This document shows, in pieces, positions 1-9,823 of a DNA stretch of 64,000 nucleotides (positions within the stretch are counted from its first letter, which is position 1; every line of letters begins with the position of its first letter). The DNA is from Tubiluchus corallicola. Lineage: Eukaryota; Animalia; Priapulida. A program made the position numbers and the translations under genes. The notes under the pieces are model-generated. The model made no database searches. It was given only the letters and a program-made list of their open reading frames with translations, and was not told the DNA's origin. Location of the stretch: the NCBI GenBank assembly GCA_030141605.1, contig JAQGDQ010000087.1:616324-680323 (forward strand), written 5' to 3'.

Positions 1-618
1 GAAAACATTAGATGGGCTGAATCCTACATACTCATGTATTCCGTCAATGACAAATGTAGTTTCGACGAATGCACCAGATTAAAATTTCTCATCACGCACA
101 TGCGGCGTAGACGTAAACTCAGCTACGGCAACGTACTTCCGTATCCGGTTACGCTCGTCGGCAACAAAACCGATCAGATCGGTGATCGTATGGTCAGCTG
201 CCAAGAGGGCAAACTACGATCTCTGGAACTTGGCTGCCATAGTTTTCATGAAATATCAGTGAGAGAATCTTATGAAGAGGTGGTCCACGTTTTCGAGGAT
301 CTGTTGGACATTTGGAGGGCGGGAAAGAGGGCGCTAATAATGCGAGCTGATGCTGATTCAGAGGTGCGTGGAATGCTGAACACACTGAGTAGGCGAGGAA
401 GCCCAGCGTTAAGTCCCAGGAATTCACCTGAGCGATACAACCGCAATCTCCGCTCTAAATCGGATAATGGACAATTACTTAGTGGAATTCTGTCAAGCCA
501 GAAGGGAAGGGAGCTCCAAGATTCGTTGGCTGTTCCGTCGCTGAGTAGTCCGCCTCAGAGACGAATGAGTGTGAGCCTACAGGGTAGTCTGAGCATGTCC
601 TACGAAGTGTGCAGTTGA
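1..618 (+). CDS. 3' terminal exon (5'-truncated by window) of a Ras-family small GTPase, RERG/RASL11/RASL12-like
   Basis: Frame +1 is open from base 1: ENIRWAESYILMYSVNDKCSF (RWAxxxxLxYSxxDxxSF after switch II), VTLVGNKTD (G4 NKxD), FHEISVRE (G5 region), then a ~100-aa Ser/Arg-rich tail ending YEVCS*, no CAAX. G1-G3 would lie upstream of the window. Confidence 0.9.
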   Translation, partial: ENIRWAESYILMYSVNDKCSFDECTRLKFLITHMRRRRKLSYGNVLPYPVTLVGNKTDQIGDRMVSCQEGKLRSLELGCHSFHEISVRESYEEVVHVFEDLLDIWRAGKRALIMRADADSEVRGMLNTLSRRGSPALSPRNSPERYNRNLRSKSDNGQLLSGILSSQKGRELQDSLAVPSLSSPPQRRMSVSLQGSLSMSYEVCS

Positions 619-741
619 CTGAAGTCTGTTGTATCTGGTAATAATGATTTATGAACAAACAAACATCACATCAAAACAACTGCAGATTCTGTTCTGTTTG
701 CAAGGAGTTGAAATATTCAGGAGCAACTTAATATTTGTTGT

Positions 742-747
742 AATAAA
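742..747 (+). terminator. Candidate polyadenylation signal of the Ras-like gene
   Basis: AATAAA 124 nt after the stop codon, followed by T/GT-rich sequence at ~780-810. Confidence 0.4.
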
Positions 748-1810
748 CTGAACCTACATTGTATGAATAACAAAGCAATTTTTCGATTTGAATTTTGTTG
801 TTCCATTCATTTTGCAATAACAATACCATTATAGCCAGACTAAATCACCCCTAATAATTCAGTGCATAGGTTCCTATGGGAATTAATCGCGCATATTGAC
901 CAAATTATATCTTGAACTGAATTTCTTTAGGCAAACAACGGTAAAATGGTAAATTTAACCCAGTCTTTGGGTGTACAATGGGATTAAGTATTCTTTTTTC
1001 GTTAAAGCTAACAAGCTTGAATTCTTTAACACAAAAAGAACTTGGGTCCTGCTAATCAGAGTTACAAAAGTTAACCAACTGCAACTAACAAAATATCGTC
1101 TTTAAAACAAACCAATCCTTATAAAACATCATAATTTACATGTAGTTTATTAAATAGGGTTTATAACAGTTTAAAATCTAATAATTTACATGAACTTAAA
1201 GACTTTTCGGTTGAAAGATGTCAGCAGGAACTAAGTACTTGTGAACACCCCGAAACCTGATTATGAAGCACTTTATAACAGAAGCTGTCTGTTTTTGCAA
1301 AAACGAAAATGCAGTAAACGTCATACTCATAAATTATATCAAACATGTTTTAGCCAAAGAGAAATGAATTAGACCTGACAGTCACTGTAAACTATTAACT
1401 CTGTTATCCCAGTTATTGTATCGCAGGCAAATGCTCCGCCGAGAAATTACATAGCGTACGTTGATTAGACCGCTTCTGAAAATTATTGTGCAACGTCGAT
1501 ATATTGCTTGTGACTGACTGATGCGCTTACCTCAACGAAGCAATTAGCAAGGGCAACTGAAGCTGTAATCGCCTATCTGGGAGAAATTACTTGGTGGGCA
1601 CGGTAGATAATGTGCGTATGTTCAATAGTGACTAAGGAATGGATGTTAAATCAAGCTTGCTATGATGGCACTCGTGCGTCTAATGTTGACCTCACGTAGA
1701 GCGGAAGCAACACATTCGGTGTCACTTAATTTGGGCTTTTGTAGGAGAATCGCGAACTTGATGAACATTATCGAGTAAAATACTTATCATTGCATATCAC
1801 TCCTGATTTG

Positions 1811-1947
1811 TGTAACACATCATAATCAGTTTTTTTTCTTTTCTTCCTCTGTAACACATCATAATCAGTTCTTTCCTTTTCTTCTTCTGTAACACATCAT
1901 AATCAGTTTTTTCCTTTTCTTCTTCTGTAACACTTCATAATCAGTTT
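1811..1947. repeat. Minisatellite, ~3.5 copies of a 38-39 bp unit
   Basis: TGTAACACATCATAATCAGTT(T/C-rich) starts at 1811, 1850, 1888, 1926. Confidence 0.9.
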
Positions 1948-2380
1948 ACCAAAGGCTTGGTAATACCTTGGGAACGATACTTAATAACCACGTAGATTTG
2001 TAACTCAGACATTTGATAATCTAGACACTTAGTAACTAGATGTTGTGTTATCTTAACACTGGCACCCACATTGTTTGTAATTAAAATACTTAGTAACTGA
2101 ATAAATTTGTAATTCAAACATTTCGTAACAGCAACACCTAGAACCATACGCTTGGTAACTGAACGTTTGGTAACTTTAATACGTGGTAACAGGGAAATTG
2201 GTAGCTGAATACTTCGTAGTTGAGCGTTTTAGTACCACGTTACCCACTATAAGATTACTAAGTGCTAAGGTTACCAAATGTCCAAGTTATAATTACATTT
2301 ACCCAGTTAACAAGAGTCGAGTTCGTATTCAAGTGTCCAGGTTACGAAGTGTCAGACAGTGTCTCGGTAATGCGAAACCT
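1948..2380. mobile_element. Degenerate foldback/MITE-like element built of ~15-bp subrepeats
   Basis: Left half has repeated (AC)TTGGTAACT-like motifs, right half the reverse complement (AGTTACCAAGTGT-like); the orientation flips near 2230. Confidence 0.5.
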
Positions 2381-3629
2381 TTAGTTTAATTATCGACTAG
2401 AACTAGAAAACTACGTGAAGATTTTGTTTATCGGGTTCTTGGTCCACTGAACAACGTTGAGCAGTTTTAGACGCGGAACGTTGATTGCTCAAATTAATAA
2501 TTATTAGTCCGCTTTAGCACACAAGAAAGCTACAAACGGCCCAGAGATGGGGCAGAAAAAATAAAAGGAAAAAAGAGAGGATGCGAGAAAATGAAAAAAA
2601 GAGAACAGAGAGGGAAGAAGAGAGGGCAATTATACTTACACGAAAACAATATACGTGATATTGTGGTTTTATTCGGCGCTCTAGTTTTGTTGAGAAGTGT
2701 GACGAATGCGAGAGCATTCTTAAATGATTTACCATTAAATAAAACATCATAAAATGGTCGTAAAAGCAAGAACACTTTCCATTTTCTTATAAATATTCAT
2801 TACTAAAGGTTGTTCGACCGAGTAACCTAATGTCTTGACACGTTGACAGTTTGACGTATTACATGTCTACGATGACAAGATAAATGGGCGTTCCAATTAT
2901 ATCATAAATGCTTTCGGGCGAATAAATTACAGAACCAAAAAAACTTTAACCTAAGATTTTCAGAACTCGAAAAGCAGTAAAAATGTCAATTCAAAGGTGT
3001 ACAATCTTTAATTAGTTTAATATCGTTTTATCAGGATGGCAATGCAGGTGCCGTAAATGCCCTTTTTCGATTATATAACTTATATTACTCAAAGTATGAC
3101 AAAAGGGGAAGCATAACAAATTGTTCACTGACGCTAACTAGTTGCGATGCCTATGTACCTAAGCATACACCAACAAATTACCTTACATTAATTATATTTT
3201 AACTGTTTATCATAGACGTCGTAACCTGTCATGGTGAATCACAAAATGCATATTGACGTTATACAAAGATACAAAAATTATTAATTACCTTAACAAAATT
3301 TGACAACTTTACATAGAGGTGTATTTGAGTATATTAAATTACTGTTTGTGTATAGAATGAAAATCTAGTTATCTAGTTGATAGCTTCATTTTGATAACAA
3401 AAAATGACTTTCACTCGAACCTCGAACATAGTACTAAGGTAACTTCTCGCAAGAGAAAGGTATCTTGGTGTTTTGTTAGCTACCTATTAAATTCTTATCT
3501 TTCTTGTCCCCGTAGCAGATTGTCTGGTAATTTGCAAACATGAATAAATTTAAAAGTTTTAAAAGTGAAGAGACATGGATTTCATAGATGCTTATGAATT
3601 TAATGAAGCATATTATCAGAATTGACCGA

Positions 3630-3637
3630 TATAAAAG
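3630..3637 (+). promoter_or_regulatory. Candidate TATA box of the EGF-repeat gene
   Basis: TATAAAAG ~30 nt upstream of a GC-richer segment that ends in a good donor CAG|GTATGA (3741/3742). Confidence 0.5.
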
Positions 3638-3659
3638 CGCTGCTGCATTTTGATGCGTT

Positions 3660-3741
3660 CTATTTAGCTGCCGTCTATCATACCTCAACAGGTGACAGGT
3701 GTGCTCAGGTGTATTGTGCGGCGTTTTTCATCGATTTCCAG
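3660..3741 (+). other. Putative non-coding exon 1 (5' UTR) of the EGF-repeat gene
   Basis: Follows the TATA box and ends at donor CAG|GTATGA; the first coding exon has an acceptor (TTTTTTTCAG, 5140) 4 nt before its ATG, so an upstream exon is required. Start is approximate. Confidence 0.5.
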
Positions 3742-5144
3742 GTATGACATTTAATGCTGATTGCTTGCAATAATTTTAGTTGTTTGCAACTGCACAAGTT
3801 ACAAATCATTTTTTGCTAAATATATTAAAAACAGTTAATTTTTACGCTTCTAGTTAGTAAACAAAACAAACTTTTTGGGAGAATTTCGTTAATTTTCATA
3901 ACTCCTGCTTGCTCTTGGTGTGTGATGTCTTTTTCATGCATCTAATTTTATGCAAACTGTGTGAAAAATTAATATTGTTTAGTAAATTATTGTGTCCTTC
4001 TGAATTTTAAATTATTTTTTACCATTTGCGTATTCAATAAATGTGTATGGCTATGTAGGATATGTAAGGATTTTGCTTTATTAACATGTATTATTTTATG
4101 GTAAGTGTCTCAATAAAATAGATAAACGCGTTAAGGGTGCATTCACACATTGATCATGTTACTGCAACAGCAGTGGTGCATTTTCACAAGGCAACTGTTG
4201 TGGACAGATCCCAAAAACAACTTGCAAATATGTTGGCCGTTTGTATTAAAGGCTTTCGCATACACGTACAGTTGTCGAAAGCAGTAAGAAAGAAAGCTTA
4301 CTTACAATTCTGGCATAGTATTCAAATTTACTGAAGGACATACGGCTACGGTAGTTACGAATCGTTAGGCAACAGTTTAGCGAAAGAAGCATAATCTGAG
4401 GCGAGTTTGAATAACCGAGTGGTCACAGTGGTACTCTTGTTAAGTAAATGGATAGGGCACAACCATGTTCGGTACTCGCTGTGAGCGGTTTCAGTCGTCG
4501 TACCGATTCTGACTGTTTACCTCTTGCAAGGAGGAGGCACATCCTTCTTATAAGGTGTATTAGCCTCTTCTTATCCTAACGTGGCAAAAACAACTCTGCC
4601 AGCGTAGAAACACGTGTTACAGTGGCATGAGTTTGATAATGAACCAGATCCAGGCGGATGTTGTCGTATCCATCCGCACTGAGCACGAGGCCAATGTGGA
4701 TTCTCGATTCAGGATTGTTGGACTCTAGCTTGCACAGAGCTGCTTTGTATTAACAAAATATGTGTAAGAAATGTTTGAAATCTTCTACGTCTATAACCAA
4801 CGACGTACACAAATTTAAAAGATAAAAGATAAGATGCACTTTATTCCAGATAGAAACCCATAATATCAGCACAACATACCATAAAAAGTACTAAATATGT
4901 ACAACAGCTATCACTTCACACACACATAAAATACCACAATAATATAATTATTTACAGATAAAAAATTGGCAAAATACACATACAAGATTAAAGATTTAAA
5001 TTTAATACATGTGTTCTGTATATAGCTGATTTATCCAATATTCATAAATATTTAGATAAAAAGATTCAATCATTATAAAACATTTCATTTATCAGCCTAT
5101 TATCACTGTTATCAATTTGTGTTTTTCGTTTTTTTTTCAGAAAC

Positions 5145-5259
5145 ATGTGTCGTATTTTTCTCCTCCTCGCTCTTGTAACATTTGCAACAGCGGATGATGG
5201 ATACAGGAGCTACTACAAGGCGCGAACGTATCGCAGTCATCCTTATAGTCCTTATCAAT
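5145..5259 (+). CDS. EGF gene coding exon 1: signal peptide plus Tyr-rich N-terminus
   Basis: MCRIFLLLALVTFATA|DDGYRSYYKARTYRSHPYSPYQ; acceptor at 5140, donor GTAAGT at 5260 (phase 1). Not in the ORF track. Confidence 0.85.
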
Positions 5260-8200
5260 GTAAGTTCCTACTTCACGATAATGCTAACTGACTTACACAT
5301 GTGGGATTTGTCTAGTTGGCTACGTCTGGCCACCTAAGCCCATAATTAGCAATAGTGCATTATGCTGCCGTCTCACAATGAACAAAATACAAAGAATAGC
5401 TATTTCTTAAAAGCACAAGAAAACTCTTTACCTACTAAAGATAAAAAAATTGTCTTGAATTTTTGTATCATTTATATACTGCCTTATTGCGCACAGAGCT
5501 TGTATGAACAGTATAAAAGTTGAAAATTTAAACTCCCGCGATGACATCTGGGCGAAGCCATTTCGACGGTAGGTCGTTTGAAACAAGTTTAAATGACATT
5601 GCATAAAGTTTGAAAAAATAATCAAAGCATTCGTAACGCACACTTTACTAATAAAGTATAAATATTCCTTTGAGGACGCATCTAAATGTAATAGCGTAAC
5701 ATGCAATAGTTTTTTAACTCATTTAATAAATAATTTACAAAAAAAAATTCTGTGCGGTACATGCATTTCACATTCGCTAGTTAGATGGGCAATAGCGCCA
5801 GCATCTCAGAAACGCGTTACACAAAAACAGTAAATTATTGTGGCGTTTTTAAGTATTCAATTATTTTACCATCTGTATGTACAGGACAATTAAGATTTTA
5901 ACTAACTTGCGTACATCAAAATGAGGGAGAATATGAAATATCATTATGTTTTCTTTTAAAACTCAACCATGAAACAGTTTTGTTCTGGTACGACTCTGGT
6001 TTTATACGATGGTCAGGCGTACACCTTTTACATCGGTATAGTAAGTCATCGCGTATCTGCATCCTGGTCAGCATTTTTATACATGTAACACATGATTCAT
6101 TTTTCATGCGGATGTGTTAAAGAGACATATTATGCACTGTACAAGACTAATTTTGACTGGACAGCTGCAAAAGACTCATACTCATGTATTTTTTATATAA
6201 ATTTTGTGTTTTCAGACCGTGATCCCTGCCATCCAAATCCCTGCAGAAATGATGGGGTATGTGAACTAGCACCACCCGACATGTCATATGATTTTCAATG
6301 CCGCTGTCGTTATGGATTTGAAGGTTCTATCTGTGAGACTGAAGTGAATCCTTGTTATCCCAATCCCTGTTTGAATTATGGAACTTGTGTCCAAAGAGGC
6401 TACGAGGCTTACTGCGATTGCCCATATGGATACGAGGGTGAACGGTAAGTAAACGTTCATTAATAAATCCTGGAGAGACTGATCGCCTGCTTTATTTTTA
6501 ACCATTATGTATTGCCTTATCAATTTATTCTTAAACTGATTTGGAATAATTACAGTTTAAATGAACTTTTAGCTGATGCTCTAAATTCACAAAAAACGCC
6601 GTTTTAATGAAGCCTTAACAAGCTTTTTCACAGTTCCAACGATTGATGATGATCGTGAAAAGGTCAGACGTTAAGTACTTAACGTATTTGTATACAGCCC
6701 ATTCAGTTTCAATGCCACCCAGCCAATAACAATTTTAACAGCTAGCTAGAACCTTAAATGGTTCATTTTATTTTGTTCTCAACCAAAATCCTTCTAGTAA
6801 ATCACTCTACCCACAGACTAATGCATAATTAAGGAAACTCCACGTAAAACAACTGAACAACTTTTACTTTAACCAGATGTCACGTCACGGTTGTAGTTAA
6901 GATGCGTTGCTGTAGTACACTTAACCTTTGACCTACAACAACGGCGCGTGCGCACAAACGAAAGTGTGAGAAGGCTAATTTTTTCTGAAGATGTTCAAGC
7001 AAAGTCGTACTGGCTTTGGAGAAATATGTGAAAAAATTTCCATGAGTTATTAACACATGGAAATACATATACGAACAAGTAAAAATCGGTAGCGCTAGTG
7101 ACAGCAATAGTGACTGAACGGTAGCGACATCAACAGCGGTAACAGCAAACGACAACAGCAACTGTAACTATAACAACAACTAAGTAACAGATAACAACAG
7201 CAAAGAGGTGCAAAGTCATTGCCTTGCCTTTTTGACAGATAAAGCACGGTAAATCAAAGATGCCAAAAGAGAAAAAAGTCTTCAAAATATAACCGCGTAA
7301 AGAAATGAGTCCAATTAACAAGTTTCTGTCATCTTTGCACATACTTGTTCTTGTTGCAGATGTGAAACTCTTTTGAATCCATGTGAGCCTAACCCATGCC
7401 TGAATGACGGAAGATGCGTGCCTGGACAGTATGGATATTACGACTTTTCCTGTGACTGTCCACATGGCTCCCATGGAAAACTGTAAGTTTTTTTATACAA
7501 CTATAAGGATTTCTAACATTAACATCGAGTATACGAAATAGGTTTCATTACACAGCAGTCAATTATTAAACGAAAGTCGTGTGTAATCAAAACAACAAGT
7601 TGCTATTAACTCATGGTACTACTATTATAATTATTATTCGTTTAATGACAGCATCATTAAAAAAACAAATCTGAGAAACAATTATTCAAGATTAATCTGC
7701 CTAGAGCTTGTTCAAATGTCATAGACAATTAATACAATACATTAAGCTGCGGCAATTCTATAGGTGATATTAAACAAGTCGTAATTATAAATAAAGTATA
7801 AGCTAGCTGGTACATATTAAGCATGTTGTGACTTATATTTGATATATATATATATATATAATTATTCGTGCATAATCCATTCCACTGTTTTGCACGAGGC
7901 ATACAAAATGTGCTACAAAACGTGATCAACTGCTACTGTCGCTTATTGCACCGAGTACGCAATTGTAGTATTATGTGACCCATTTAATTGTCGGTCTACT
8001 ACACTAAAGTAGTGAATTAGTCTATGCTGCCATCTACAGTCGTTGTTTTACTCTAATTGTACAAAGTTTATCAGAGATTGATATTTATCAGAGATCTAAA
8101 TATTGTTTCTTTTTGCTTTTCGTAGATATTCATTAATCAGAGTAATTAGATTGTTAATTTCATGCTTTAATTATGGTTCTAACTCTTTTATCCAAGTTAA

Positions 8201-9707
8201 AATAGTGAAAAATTATAACACAGCTTTCTGTAAACAAATAATCTTTATTCTGCCACCAAAGAAGCCAAGTAGACCTTGATTTTGGTTTAACTAGTAGTCT
8301 GTAGAGTATAGGTGACCTTCTGTATGCATGAATGTGATGTGTACCTTCCAATAGGAACTTGAATCTCTGGTCATGTGATTACAGCTCACTTCTCTCCGGC
8401 ATGCACGTTTCAGTTGATCTAGAGACTGCAATGTTAAAGGATGCAAATTTTCTATTGTTAAAGTAATGTTGAAGAAAACAACATTTTTACAATATATTGC
8501 TAACTTTTATGACTGTTTGTTCAATTTTGTTACTGAAGTGAACATTGTATACGTTTTACAATAAAATGATTGCAGATTTCTACAGCTACAAATAATCTGC
8601 AAACATTTGTAACAAACAGCCTAATTCCTCTGTAAATAATGATTATATATAAATATATTACATTTATAGAAAGCTAGATATGTGGTTATGCATATGCTAC
8701 ATATATATCGAAAAAGCTAGATATGTGGTTACATTAGAGTATAAGCTTGTTAGTATATATTAAATTTATAGTAAATAGTAAGTATATTTAATAGTAAGTA
8801 TATAGTAAATTTAATATATACCAACTAACCTATACGCTAATGTAACCACATATCTAGCTTTCTCGATAGATGTTTTCAGAGAAAGCACATTAAAACACGG
8901 GCTCAAAATCAAATTTTGTACCAAGACATGTATGGCTTGTACATAAAATGTACAACCCTTAAGTTATACAACTTACAAATTCTGTTTTGTCTAGGAGTTC
9001 TAGCCAATCCTCCACTGTCAATTCTAAGCTGATGCAAACCAGTACGGTACCTTGTAAATACTCAATCAAAATACAATTAAAACAAACATTATGCAGCTCC
9101 AGCCTAGAATTTATAATATAATATACTCCACGTTTACTATCACTGTCATCCAATTCGTTATTAATTTCTTTACCACTCCTACCAACAAATTCTTGTTCAT
9201 CATAAAATATTACAAATTTTACACGCTCATTTCAGGCAATTTCTATAAAACTTTTAATGTGGCTATCAGGAAGTTCATCACAGTAATTTATTACTTTATT
9301 AAAGTAATTTGCTTGTCTAGCTCTTTATGCATTCAATAGTGATCAGCTATTACGTTCAATATAAACAACTTCATTAATACCGTTTCGTTTTACCCCAAGT
9401 GCAGCTTTCAAAAAGCTTTCATAACTGTTTCAGTTGTGAAATTAACCCCTGTGCTGGTGATCCTTGTCAGAATGGAGGCACATGTAAACCTAAACATGGA
9501 CACTACGACCACACCTTCGAATGCATCTGTCCCTACGGATATGACGGATACACGTGAGCAATAATCATCAGTTGATTAAAATAACTAAGAGTTTTAAATG
9601 ATATAATTGTTATGCTTTTTTCATTGGTGTGGTAATATGCGTTAAGGAACTTTGAGACGATAAAGATTAATAGTTTTGAACATTGGTGAGACAGGGAGGA
9701 GAAAGAA

Positions 9708-9746
<39 letters not shown>

Positions 9747-9784
9747 GAGAGAGAGAGAGAAAGAGAAGGAAAGAGATAGAAGGA

Positions 9785-9823
<39 letters not shown>

